The translations under genes were made by a program, and so were the position numbers. Of a stretch of 64,000 bases of DNA, positions 1 through 9,371 are shown piece by piece. This DNA comes from Candidatus Nomurabacteria bacterium (GTDB lineage Bacteria > Patescibacteriota > Minisyncoccia > Phycocordibacterales > UBA9973): the NCBI GenBank assembly GCA_026395955.1, contig JAPLXR010000006.1:87259-151258 (forward strand), written 5' to 3'. How positions within the stretch are numbered: the stretch's first letter is position 1; every line of letters starts with the position of its first letter. The notes beneath the pieces are model-generated. The model was given only the letters and a program-made list of their open reading frames with translations. It was not told where the DNA came from and did no database searches.

Positions 1-1339
1 GGCTTTGTTGTACACTTTGGCTAGTTATACTGATATAAAAAAAGTTGCAATTATGGAAAAATATGACCGTCCAGGACAAGTAAATTCAAAGGCTAGTAAT
101 AATAGTCAGACTCTCCATGTGGGTGATATAGAAACAAATTACACTATTGATAAAGTGAAACAAGTTTATCCTTCTGCTATGATGGTCGCACAATATGCAA
201 AGTCTTTACCTGAGAATGAACGTAATAAAATATTGTTTAATACTCCTAAAATGGTATTAGGTGTCGGTAAGGATCAAGTTCTAACTTTAGAAAAGAGGTA
301 TAAAGATTTATTACCAATTTTCCCTAAACTAAAGAAATTATATCGTGAAGATATAGCTAAAATAGAACCTGAAGTTATTCGTGGTCGTAATAAAAATGAA
401 CCAGTAATAGCTCTATATAATATAGATGGTTACGCTGTTGATTTTGAAAATTTATCACAATCTTTTATTGATCATGCAAAAATCAATAAATCAGACATCG
501 AAATATTTTACAAAACAAAAGTTCATAAAATAGAAAAAAATACTGATAATCTTTATGAAATAAAAACTACAAAAGGAGAGATAATAAAAACAAAAGTAGT
601 TATTGTAGATGCTGATTCTTATAGTTTAATGTTTGCAAAACAAATGGGTTATGGAGAGAATTTTTCCCTTATTCCTATTGCTGGAAGTTTTTATTTTACA
701 AAAAAGTTATTGAATGGAAAAGTTTACACTGTCCAAGAACCGAAACTGCCTTTTGCTGCTGTTCATGGAGATCCAGATGTGAGAGTTCCTAATCAAACTA
801 GATGGGGCCCGACAGCCCGTTTTAATCCTGTGCTTGAGAGTTCAAATTTTAAAACTTCAGGTGACTTTTTGCGTTCTTCTGGTTTACATCGTTTACGTAC
901 TTGGAAAAGTTTTATAAAAATTTTGCTCGATCCTACACGTTTTTCTTATTTAGTAAAAAATATGTTGTACGAATTGCCTTGGGTAGGGAATCATCTTTTT
1001 CTTGTGAATGTTAAAAAAATAATACCGACAATAAAAAGTAGAGACATAAGAGTAGCGAAAGGTTATGGTGGTATGAGACTACAACGCGTAGATACAAATA
1101 CCCATGAACTACAACTCGGTGAAGGAAAAATATTGGGTGATAATATTATTTTTAATATGACGCCTTCTCCTGGAGCTAGTGTTTCGCTTTATAATGCCCT
1201 CCGTGATACTGAACAAATAATGAAGTTTTTTAATGGTCAATATAAATTTGATCTCTTGAGAATGGAAAAAGATTTAGTTATTAATGATAATTTTGATACT
1301 CATATCGAGCCATCTATACCATCCGGTTATGCTTCATAA
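1..1339 (+). CDS. FAD-dependent oxidoreductase, malate:quinone oxidoreductase (Mqo)/L2HGDH-like; 5'-truncated by window edge
   Basis: ORF open from the window start; NNSQTLHVGDIETNYT, PFAAVHGDPD, WGPTA and C-terminal FNMTPSPGAS motifs of Mqo-type flavoproteins. Confidence 0.75.
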   Translation, partial: ALLYTLASYTDIKKVAIMEKYDRPGQVNSKASNNSQTLHVGDIETNYTIDKVKQVYPSAMMVAQYAKSLPENERNKILFNTPKMVLGVGKDQVLTLEKRYKDLLPIFPKLKKLYREDIAKIEPEVIRGRNKNEPVIALYNIDGYAVDFENLSQSFIDHAKINKSDIEIFYKTKVHKIEKNTDNLYEIKTTKGEIIKTKVVIVDADSYSLMFAKQMGYGENFSLIPIAGSFYFTKKLLNGKVYTVQEPKLPFAAVHGDPDVRVPNQTRWGPTARFNPVLESSNFKTSGDFLRSSGLHRLRTWKSFIKILLDPTRFSYLVKNMLYELPWVGNHLFLVNVKKIIPTIKSRDIRVAKGYGGMRLQRVDTNTHELQLGEGKILGDNIIFNMTPSPGASVSLYNALRDTEQIMKFFNGQYKFDLLRMEKDLVINDNFDTHIEPSIPSGYAS

Positions 1340-1377
1340 TGATTTGCAAAGTTTATTTATTGTTTTATAATCTAAGT

Positions 1378-1635
1378 ATGTTATCTTCAAATTCAAAACA
1401 ATTTAATAATCCAAATCAAACAGACGTTTTTGTCGATTATGGTCCACAGAAGGATTCTCAAGGTAGAAATAGAGAAGATATTGTTAATGCTTCTAAAAGT
1501 TTAAATAAAGAAGTATTAGATTCTATTACTTTTAAAAATGGAGAATATTACATAGAAGGTAAAAAGGCTGATGACTGGATATCTAAATCTGAGGCATTAC
1601 ATTCTGGGGGACCTGTAAGAAATGTAGATTTTTAA
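1378..1635 (+). CDS. hypothetical protein
   Basis: ORF; start moved to the ATG after TTGCAA...TATAAT. Confidence 0.5.
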   Translation: MLSSNSKQFNNPNQTDVFVDYGPQKDSQGRNREDIVNASKSLNKEVLDSITFKNGEYYIEGKKADDWISKSEALHSGGPVRNVDF

Positions 1636-1680
1636 TTTTGTATTTAATATTTTTATTTCTAAAAATGCTACAATAGATAT

Positions 1681-2700
1681 ATGGAAAAGAAGCGTTTAGA
1701 AATAATATCTTTTTTGGTTTTTTGTACAGGTATATTGACCTTAACTTTTTTTGTTTTTAGGCCGTTCTTTAGCATTCTCGTATTAGCTGCTATTTTAGCT
1801 TTATTGTTTAGACCTTTATATAAGAGATTAACTTTAAGATATAAAAAGGGGGAAAGTTTTTTTGCTTTTATTATTGTACTCATAGCTCTTGTTTTTATTA
1901 TTATTCCTATATTGTTTTTTGGTTTTCAAATTTTAGGTCAGTTGCAGATTTTCTTTACTTTGATCCAAAATGGACAAGGAGAACATATGCAACAAATACA
2001 ATCTGCTGTTGAGGTTTTTGTTCGTCATTTTATTCCAGTGTTTTCTTTTAATATTTCTTACTATGCTTCATTGGTACTTTCTTTTGTTTCAGATAATATT
2101 GGAACTTTTGTGTCTCAAACAGCATATATATTTTTACAAATATTCTTTTTAACATTTACATTGTTTTTCTTTTTACGAGATGGAGAGAAGATTTTTGGTT
2201 CATTGATAGCATTGAGTCCTTTTGAAAAAGAACAAAATAAAGAAATTTTTGAATCGATGCGAAAAGTCGTATCTTCTGTAGTAAGAGGGACGTTATTCGT
2301 CGGCCTTATCCGTTGGATTTTATTTACGGCAGGATTTTATCTTTTTGCAATTCCAAATGCATTAGTATGGGGAAGTATAGCTGCTATTATTGGAGCTTTG
2401 CCTGGACTAGGTACTCCATTTGTTATTTTTCCAATAGTTGTTTATCTGGCTGTTAGTGGTAACGTACTGAGTGCTATAGGTATAGGATTGTTTGGAATTT
2501 TGATAATGCTTTTCGTTGATAATATTTTATCGGCTTATTTTTTTGGTAAAGGCTTAGATGCACCACCTATATTCGTATTGTTTTCTATTATTGGAGGAGT
2601 TTTATTTTTTGGACCAATAGGATTTATATTTGGCCCTATAATACTTTCCCTATGTGTATCTATGATTGAGATGTATAAAATTTTGATATTGAAAAAATAA
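1681..2700 (+). CDS. AI-2E family transporter
   Basis: Multi-TM protein with FFFLRDG, DNIL and IIGGVLFFGPIGFIFGP signatures. Confidence 0.9.
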   Translation: MEKKRLEIISFLVFCTGILTLTFFVFRPFFSILVLAAILALLFRPLYKRLTLRYKKGESFFAFIIVLIALVFIIIPILFFGFQILGQLQIFFTLIQNGQGEHMQQIQSAVEVFVRHFIPVFSFNISYYASLVLSFVSDNIGTFVSQTAYIFLQIFFLTFTLFFFLRDGEKIFGSLIALSPFEKEQNKEIFESMRKVVSSVVRGTLFVGLIRWILFTAGFYLFAIPNALVWGSIAAIIGALPGLGTPFVIFPIVVYLAVSGNVLSAIGIGLFGILIMLFVDNILSAYFFGKGLDAPPIFVLFSIIGGVLFFGPIGFIFGPIILSLCVSMIEMYKILILKK

Positions 2701-2772
2701 AAAATTTGAAGTTTTTAGTAATTTAGAGTATAATAAAAAGGTCTTATTAATAATAAATTAAATCAAAATTTT

Positions 2773-2898
2773 ATGGCAAAAAGAGGAACAACATTAAGTA
2801 TACGTCCAGTCTCACGACGTTCACACAAGACAAAGAAGCGTCTTGCAGCAAAGAAAGTAATGCTTGCTAAAAAAGCATCAAAGAAAAAGAGTAAATAA
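2773..2898 (+). CDS. 41-aa Lys/Arg-rich small protein (MAKRGTTLSIRPVSRRSHKTKKRLAAKKVMLAKKASKKKSK)
   Basis: Manual translation; upstream TTGAAG..TATAAT promoter, A-rich leader, terminator directly after the stop. Confidence 0.65.
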   Translation: MAKRGTTLSIRPVSRRSHKTKKRLAAKKVMLAKKASKKKSK

Positions 2899-2931
2899 AC
2901 AAAAAAACCAGCATTTGCTGGTTTTTTTGTT
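2898..2931. terminator. bidirectional intrinsic terminator
   Basis: AACAAAAAAACCAGC-attt-GCTGGTTTTTTTGTT. Confidence 0.8.
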
Positions 2932-3051
2932 AAATAAGTTATCCTTGACATTTTACTTGTGTATTCTTTTATATAAGGGTATACTTAAGGAGTCTAATTA
3001 AGACAAGAAGCACGTCGAAGTTTCCAAGCAAATAATCAAAATTTAAATCAT

Positions 3052-3252
3052 ATGATGACAGGAACAATTAAAACTTTGACTGATAAAGGATTCGGATTTA
3101 TCGCTCGCGAAGGTGAAGCGAAAGATCTTTTCTTTCACTCAAAAGAATTAGCTGGTGTTATGTTTGATGAATTGAAAGTAGGAGATGTTGTATCTTTTAC
3201 AGTAGTTGATACTGAAAAAGGTCCAGCTGCTACTCAAGTTTCACGCGCATAA
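3052..3252 (+). CDS. csp: cold-shock domain protein
   Basis: RNP1 KGFGFI, RNP2 LFFH, terminal KGPAA. Confidence 0.95.
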   Translation: MMTGTIKTLTDKGFGFIAREGEAKDLFFHSKELAGVMFDELKVGDVVSFTVVDTEKGPAATQVSRA

Positions 3253-3261
3253 TATCGCTCT

Positions 3262-3295
3262 CAAAAACACCCCTTGCGGGGTGTTTTTGTTTTTT
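3262..3295 (+). terminator. intrinsic terminator
   Basis: CAAAAACACCCC-ttgc-GGGGTGTTTTTG plus T-run. Confidence 0.8.
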
Positions 3296-3315
3296 AAGGT
3301 ATAATAGATTTACTT

Positions 3316-4680
3316 ATGACTCAAAATGAAGCGCTAAATATTTTAAAAACCGGTGCGTGTGTTTTTCTAACTGGTGAACCAGGAGCAGGAAAGACGCATA
3401 CAATAAATGCTTTCGTTTCGTATTTACGTGAACACGACATCGAGCCAGCGATTACAGCGAGTACTGGTATTGCTGCCACACATATCGGCGGGATGACGAT
3501 ACATTCATGGAGTGGAATAGGAATAAAAGAAACTTTATCTGCACAAGAGCTCGATAAAATAGCGAGTAGTGAATATGTAAATAGACGAATACGAAAAACA
3601 AAAGTTTTAATTATTGATGAGATTTCAATGCTTCGTGCAGATACACTCGATATGGTAGATGCAGTGTGTAGAGAAATAAAACAAAATTCTGAACCATTCG
3701 GAGGAATCCAAGTCATACTCGTCGGAGATTTTTTTCAGCTTCCACCGATTTTCAAAAGAGAAGTTGCAACAAAGCAAAATGCACTACTTTCTGCAAAAAA
3801 GGCGCATTTTGCTTTTGAATCAAATGCATGGAGAAGACTAAAACCAATCGTGTGTTATATCACAGAACAACACCGTCAGGATGATAGTAGCTTTTTAGAA
3901 TTACTTTCTGCTATTCGCACAGACACAGTTGAAGAAGAACATTATGAATATATGAAAGAGCGTTTTATCGAGAAAACAGAAATCCCAGAAAATACAACGA
4001 AATTATATTCTCACAATTTAGATGTCGATAAAGTAAATGACATGATGCTCGAAAAAATAACTGATGAAGAAAGTTTTCCATTTATTATGGACAGCGAAGG
4101 CAATGAAGCCCTCGTCACAATGCTGAAAAAAGGTTGTTTATCTCCAGAAGTTTTAAATTTGAAACGCGGAGCGGTAGTAATGTGTACAAAAAATAATCAA
4201 AAAGAACATTTTGTAAATGGAACTCTCGGTATCGTAGAAGAATTTGATTCTATCTCCGGGAATCCGATTATCAAAACTCGAAGTGGAAAGAAGATAGAGA
4301 TTTCTCCGATGGAATGGGTTGTAGAAGAAAATGGAAAGGTGAAAGCGATGATTTCGCAAGTCCCTCTTCGTCTCGCTTGGGCTGTGACTATTCACAAAAG
4401 CCAGGGTATGAGTATGGATGCAGCTGTTATGGACCTCTCAAATGTTTTTGAATTTGGGCAGGGCTATGTAGCTCTTTCTCGTGTGCGAAGATTATCCGGT
4501 CTATATCTTCTCGGTATGAATCATCAAGCACTAAAAGTGCATCCACAGATTCTAGAGCAAGATAAAATATTCCGAACAGAGTCAGATTCTGCTGAAATAA
4601 CCTTTGGAAAATTAACAAAAACTGAGCTAAATAAAATGCATAAAAATTTTGTTATCGCTTTGGATGGGGAGTGGAAATAA
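3316..4680 (+). CDS. PIF1-family SF1B DNA helicase
   Basis: GEPGAGKT, TIHSWSGI, IDEISM, GDFFQLPP, QVPLRLAWAVTIHKSQG, GQGYVALSR. Confidence 0.93.
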   Translation: MTQNEALNILKTGACVFLTGEPGAGKTHTINAFVSYLREHDIEPAITASTGIAATHIGGMTIHSWSGIGIKETLSAQELDKIASSEYVNRRIRKTKVLIIDEISMLRADTLDMVDAVCREIKQNSEPFGGIQVILVGDFFQLPPIFKREVATKQNALLSAKKAHFAFESNAWRRLKPIVCYITEQHRQDDSSFLELLSAIRTDTVEEEHYEYMKERFIEKTEIPENTTKLYSHNLDVDKVNDMMLEKITDEESFPFIMDSEGNEALVTMLKKGCLSPEVLNLKRGAVVMCTKNNQKEHFVNGTLGIVEEFDSISGNPIIKTRSGKKIEISPMEWVVEENGKVKAMISQVPLRLAWAVTIHKSQGMSMDAAVMDLSNVFEFGQGYVALSRVRRLSGLYLLGMNHQALKVHPQILEQDKIFRTESDSAEITFGKLTKTELNKMHKNFVIALDGEWK

Positions 4681-4701
4681 ATATAGTGCTATAATAATCT
4701 T

Positions 4702-5097
4702 ATGAAAACATATGAATCATATCAGGCATTATTGAAGCCATCTTGGGCGCCGCCGTCATATCTCTTTGGTCCGGTTTGGACTTTTATTTATATTTTAATT
4801 TTCATTTCTTTTGGAAAAGTTTTTATGATGACTTATGAGAAAACTATTCCATTCATTGTCGCACTACCATTTATTTTAAATTTAATTTTTAATATTCTCT
4901 ACACTCCAATTATGTTTGGTTTGAAGAATAATACTCTCGCATCTATCGATATCTTACTTGTCCTTGGCACTATCATCTGGATGATGATTGCAATTTTCCC
5001 ACACATGCGATGGATTACTTATATTCAAATCCCATATCTTCTCTGGGTTTCTTTTGCTACAGTTTTACAATTAACAATTTATTTTTTGAATAAATAA
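4702..5097 (+). CDS. tspO: TspO/MBR family membrane protein
   Basis: LKPSWAPPSYLFGPVWT and PYLLWVSFAT motifs. Confidence 0.9.
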   Translation: MKTYESYQALLKPSWAPPSYLFGPVWTFIYILIFISFGKVFMMTYEKTIPFIVALPFILNLIFNILYTPIMFGLKNNTLASIDILLVLGTIIWMMIAIFPHMRWITYIQIPYLLWVSFATVLQLTIYFLNK

Positions 5098-5098
5098 T

Positions 5099-5542
5099 AT
5101 GCAAACAATATCTTTATTTATACTTTTAGCGGGTTTTATTATTGGGCTCGGTGCAGTGACGGTGATAGACCTGCATGGATTTCTCGGACGGAAATCAGCA
5201 TATTGGACCGAAGCTACGACTCGCACACACAAAGTCACCAAACCTTTGATTTGGATCGGAATGCTCCTAGTCATCATCGGTGGAATATTTTTCTATCGTG
5301 GTGTGCCTTTTACTGGTATATTACTTTTTCATATTATTTCTGTACCTATTATGCTTTTGAATGGAGTTTTTCTTTCTTTTTCTGTGAGTCCGTTTTTACT
5401 CAATCGTGAAAAAGAAGGCCGACAAGCCGAGCTCTTACCACAGTCTTGGCAGAATAAAATAATCTTTTCATTTATGCTTTCATTTATTTCATGGTGGGGG
5501 AATTTAGCAGTTTTAGTTTATTATATTACCGTGCTTCGCTAA
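5099..5542 (+). CDS. hypothetical 4-TM membrane protein
   Basis: Hydrophobic ORF 1 nt after tspO; IIGLGAVTVID and HKVTKPLIW segments. Confidence 0.7.
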   Translation: MQTISLFILLAGFIIGLGAVTVIDLHGFLGRKSAYWTEATTRTHKVTKPLIWIGMLLVIIGGIFFYRGVPFTGILLFHIISVPIMLLNGVFLSFSVSPFLLNREKEGRQAELLPQSWQNKIIFSFMLSFISWWGNLAVLVYYITVLR

Positions 5543-5543
5543 T

Positions 5544-6059
5544 ATGATTTTCAAAAAGAAAAAAGTAATAGTGAATGATGAGATGCAGAAAAAGTATGTA
5601 TACTTTTTGACTGAGCCTGTGGGTAAACATTTTGATCCAGATTTCAAACCAGACCTGACGCCCAAGCAAATGCTTTCCTTGGGAGTCTTTGGTGGCCGAT
5701 ATATGACCGATTGCAAACGCGAATTTCCGAAAGAGTGGTTCACTCGCGGCAAACTCTCTCCACATCATCATGATAAAAAAATAAATTATTTTGGTGTCGA
5801 TGCGAGCCAGTCCCTATCAACCTGGAAGAAAAATGGATGGATTCATCCTATGGACCCGCGGGGTTGGTTTCAATGGTATTGCCGATATTATATGGGACGC
5901 AGAATTCCTGATGAAGATGCGAGACAAATAAAACGCTGGCGAATGATTCAAAGGCACACTGCACAAATAGAGAAAAACTGCCGAGCAGGGGACATTTTCT
6001 GCCGCCCCCGCCAACGCCAAGCCCTCCTTCATTGGGCGTATGATAGTAGGAAGATTTAA
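5544..6059 (+). CDS. conserved hypothetical protein (LTPxQML-GVFGG / WFQWYCRYYMGRR / RQALLHWAYD family)
   Basis: Dense W/R/Y motifs of a recognisable uncharacterised family; start uncertain. Confidence 0.75.
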   Translation: MIFKKKKVIVNDEMQKKYVYFLTEPVGKHFDPDFKPDLTPKQMLSLGVFGGRYMTDCKREFPKEWFTRGKLSPHHHDKKINYFGVDASQSLSTWKKNGWIHPMDPRGWFQWYCRYYMGRRIPDEDARQIKRWRMIQRHTAQIEKNCRAGDIFCRPRQRQALLHWAYDSRKI

Positions 6060-6075
6060 ATGCTATAATCAAAGG

Positions 6076-6705
6076 ATGGAATATAGTTGGATAAAACCAG
6101 GGCACGAAAATGAAAAACAAGCTTTAAATAAAATATCAGAAGATGCTTCTAAAAAAGTTGAAGATTTTGACAATACTCCTACAAAAAAGGTATTAGATGA
6201 TGAAACCCAAAAATACATTTCTGATCGTGTTCCTAAAACAAATGATGATTTACTACAGGAAGATATTGCTAAAAAATTCGTACTCGACGGTAATTATTTA
6301 CAAGAATTACATAATAAACAAAATAAAGGTGAAAAAATAGAAAAAGAAACATTTAATGAATTATGGAATGTGTATGGTCGCCTCATGGAAATAGGTGGCT
6401 ATATAGAAGTGCATAAAGATTTAAATAAAACAGTTGAACAAATGATTCACAATATAAATATTTTAGAACTTAAAAATGAAATATCAGAAAAATTTCCATT
6501 AGCAAAATCTGGTATATCAAATAAAGAAGCATTAGAATTAGCAAATGCTGAAGCCAGAAATATAAAAAAAGAATTAGATAATATGAAAGATGAATCTATT
6601 ACAAAAGAAAGTATAGGTGAACTTTTAGATAAATATAAAGATATAACTGAAAAATATCAAGAGCTTTATAGTGTAGTTAGCCCACAAAATCCATCAGAAA
6701 ATTAA
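6076..6705 (+). CDS. hypothetical charged/coiled-coil protein
   Basis: ORF with TGCTATAAT-N6-ATG start. Confidence 0.6.
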   Translation: MEYSWIKPGHENEKQALNKISEDASKKVEDFDNTPTKKVLDDETQKYISDRVPKTNDDLLQEDIAKKFVLDGNYLQELHNKQNKGEKIEKETFNELWNVYGRLMEIGGYIEVHKDLNKTVEQMIHNINILELKNEISEKFPLAKSGISNKEALELANAEARNIKKELDNMKDESITKESIGELLDKYKDITEKYQELYSVVSPQNPSEN

Positions 6706-6717
6706 AATTTTAATATT

Positions 6718-6951
6718 ATGATTTACATAGATGTGCGAACAAAAGAAGAATATGATGCAGGGCATAAAGAAGATGCTACGCTTTTCGATATCATGGATAT
6801 GATGCAAGGGAAGTTTCCTGAATTAGATAAAAATGAAGAAATTACTTTGTATTGTGAATCCGGCAATAGGTCAATGATGGCAAAGACTTTGATGGATCAA
6901 GCTGGTTTTACAAATATTACTGACGGTGGAAGTATTAATAATTTTTTATAA
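6718..6951 (+). CDS. rhodanese-like domain protein
   Basis: IDVRTKEEYDAGH and active-site YCESGNRS. Confidence 0.9.
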   Translation: MIYIDVRTKEEYDAGHKEDATLFDIMDMMQGKFPELDKNEEITLYCESGNRSMMAKTLMDQAGFTNITDGGSINNFL

Positions 6952-6955
6952 TAAT

Positions 6956-7501
6956 ATGGACATACTAGCACATACACTTTGGACAAATGCAGGAGCTCGT
7001 GGAGCGAATGCACTTGCCGAAAAAAAAGAAAATAAAAAATTTCACATCAATGTCGCTTGGGCGGCTTTTTGGGGAGTCTTTCCAGATTTTTTTGCTTTTA
7101 CAATCCCTTCTATTATTGTTATTTATAAAATTATTATAGGAGAACTTTCAACTTCTAGCATAGGAGCTCATCATATACCTGTCGCTGGTTTTGATCTAGC
7201 ACATTATTTATATCAATATAGTCACTCACTAGTTATTTGGGCTCTTGTGTTTTTAGTTGTTTGGTTTATTTCAAAACGCCCACGATATGAGTTATTCGGT
7301 TGGGCATTGCATATTCTTATAGACATTCCTTCGCATACACTCGCATTTTTTCCGACACCGTTTTTATTTCCAATTTCCAATTATCATTTTCCTTATGGTT
7401 TAGAATGGAGTAATCGTTGGTATATGGTTGTGAATTACTCTGCTCTAGTTATTGTCTGGGGTGGAATTTTATATAAAAAGTACTTAAAAAAGAATATTTA
7501 A
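6956..7501 (+). CDS. membrane-bound metal-dependent hydrolase-like protein (YdjM/DUF457-like)
   Basis: MDILAH, PD, SHSL and HILIDIPSH motifs with TM segments. Confidence 0.7.
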   Translation: MDILAHTLWTNAGARGANALAEKKENKKFHINVAWAAFWGVFPDFFAFTIPSIIVIYKIIIGELSTSSIGAHHIPVAGFDLAHYLYQYSHSLVIWALVFLVVWFISKRPRYELFGWALHILIDIPSHTLAFFPTPFLFPISNYHFPYGLEWSNRWYMVVNYSALVIVWGGILYKKYLKKNI

Positions 7502-7515
7502 GATATAATTAATTT

Positions 7516-9348
7516 ATGAAAAAAGTCGCTTATTATATTTTACCTTCTTTTGCTTTTCTAGGTTTAGCTATAGGTTTTGTTTTTCATTTATCTAATAGTA
7601 ATGGTTTAGACAATAAAATTTGGATGATTACTTTGATCATTGGTACTTTGCCTTTGATTTATAAAATCTTAAAAGATATTTTTTGTGGTCATTTTGGAAT
7701 AGACCTAATAGCGATAGTTGCGATAGTCGCGTCTTTTTTTATGGGTCAGTATTTAGCCGGAAATATTATTTTGTTAATGCTTTCTGGTGGTGAAGCTTTG
7801 GAAGTATATGCTCTAAAGAGGGCTCGAAGAGAATTATCAAATCTTATTTCCAATGCTCCGAGTTTTGCTCATATAAAAAAAGATGGAAATTTAATAGATG
7901 TAAATGTTGATCAAGTAAAAGTCGGAGATATTATTTTTATAAAAACAGGAGAGATAATAGCTGCTGACGGTATTGTAGTCCTCGGTTCTTCACAAGTCGA
8001 TGAATCAGCTTTGACTGGCGAGAGTTTGCCCGCAGAAAAAGAAATTGGTTCAAGTGTTTTTTCTGGAAGTATAAATAAAAGTAATATTTTAGAAGTTGAA
8101 GTTATTCGAAAGCCTTCTGAAAGTAAATATGAACAAATTATTTCTTTGATAAAAAAAGCAGAAGAAAATAGGGCTCCTGTCGTAAGGCTTGCAGATAAAT
8201 ACAGTATCTGGTTTACAGTTATAACTTTTTCTTTAGCTACACTGGCTTGGTTTTTAGCAAAAGATTCTGTGAGACTTTTAGCTGTGTTGGTTGTTGCGAC
8301 ACCTTGTCCTTTGATTTTAGCGACACCAATAGCGATGATATCTGGTATTAGTCGTTCGGCTAAAAGGGGAATAATAGTTAAAAATGGTGGAGCTCTCGAA
8401 GTCCTCGCTGAGACAAATGCTTTTATTTTTGATAAGACAGGTACACTCACACTCGGCCAGCCAGAGATAGTAGATGTTATTAGTTTTGGAAAAGATAAAA
8501 ATGAAGTGCTTAGAATTTCTGCATCACTAGATCAATTATCACTTCACGTGCTCGCTAGATCATTGCAATCTTATGCGTTAAAAAATAATATAGTACTTTC
8601 AATACCGACAAATTTTAAAGAAGATTTCGGAGAAGGTGTGAGTGGGGACTTAGACAATCAAACTTTCTTTTTTGGAAAATTGAAATTTTTAGAAATGAAA
8701 GGAATAAATATTTCAAAAGAAGTTTTAGATAAACATTTAACTTTTCAGTCTGAAGGTAAAATAGCTGTGTATTGTGGAGATAAAAATAATCTATTAGGTA
8801 TTATTATTTTCGCAGATGTTGTGCGCCCAGAAACAAAAAATCTTTTCACTAATTTAAAGGAAAAGGGAATAGAAAAAATAGTAATGCTCACAGGGGATAA
8901 AAAAGCTGTAGCAGAAATAATTGCAAAAGATTTAGGTATCGATGATATACATGCTGAGGCGTTACCAGAGAATAAAGTTTTCGAAGTTCAAGATCATAAA
9001 AAACAATTTGGAAAAGTTGCTATGATTGGTGACGGTATAAATGACGCTCCAGCATTATCTACTGCTGATGTTGGTATAGCCCTCGGTGGGCATGGAGGTA
9101 GTGCTTCTTCTGATAGTGGAGACATTGTCATTATGGTGGATGATTTAAATCGTGTCGGTGAAGCATATACGATAGCTAAAAATACATTAAAAATAGCTAA
9201 GCAAGGAATTTTCTTTGGTATCGGAGTTAGTATTATACTTATGATTATCGCTGCTTTTGGTTACATTTCTCCTATATATGGAGCCTTGATCCAAGAAGCT
9301 CTAGACGTATTGGTTATCCTCAATGCTTTACGTGTTAATTTTATATAA
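7516..9348 (+). CDS. heavy-metal-translocating P1B-type ATPase
   Basis: DESALTGES, TPCP, DKTGT, TGD, GDGINDAP; QEALD in the last TM suggests the P1B-5 subgroup. Confidence 0.93.
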   Translation: MKKVAYYILPSFAFLGLAIGFVFHLSNSNGLDNKIWMITLIIGTLPLIYKILKDIFCGHFGIDLIAIVAIVASFFMGQYLAGNIILLMLSGGEALEVYALKRARRELSNLISNAPSFAHIKKDGNLIDVNVDQVKVGDIIFIKTGEIIAADGIVVLGSSQVDESALTGESLPAEKEIGSSVFSGSINKSNILEVEVIRKPSESKYEQIISLIKKAEENRAPVVRLADKYSIWFTVITFSLATLAWFLAKDSVRLLAVLVVATPCPLILATPIAMISGISRSAKRGIIVKNGGALEVLAETNAFIFDKTGTLTLGQPEIVDVISFGKDKNEVLRISASLDQLSLHVLARSLQSYALKNNIVLSIPTNFKEDFGEGVSGDLDNQTFFFGKLKFLEMKGINISKEVLDKHLTFQSEGKIAVYCGDKNNLLGIIIFADVVRPETKNLFTNLKEKGIEKIVMLTGDKKAVAEIIAKDLGIDDIHAEALPENKVFEVQDHKKQFGKVAMIGDGINDAPALSTADVGIALGGHGGSASSDSGDIVIMVDDLNRVGEAYTIAKNTLKIAKQGIFFGIGVSIILMIIAAFGYISPIYGALIQEALDVLVILNALRVNFI

Positions 9349-9371
9349 AAATAGGTTATAATATTTAAACT

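Noticed and set aside
7911-8450. Long antisense ORFs inside core genes (e.g. 3321-3716, 28267-28740, 44072-44413)
   Set aside because: Expected shadows of codon bias; no independent expression signals or motifs.
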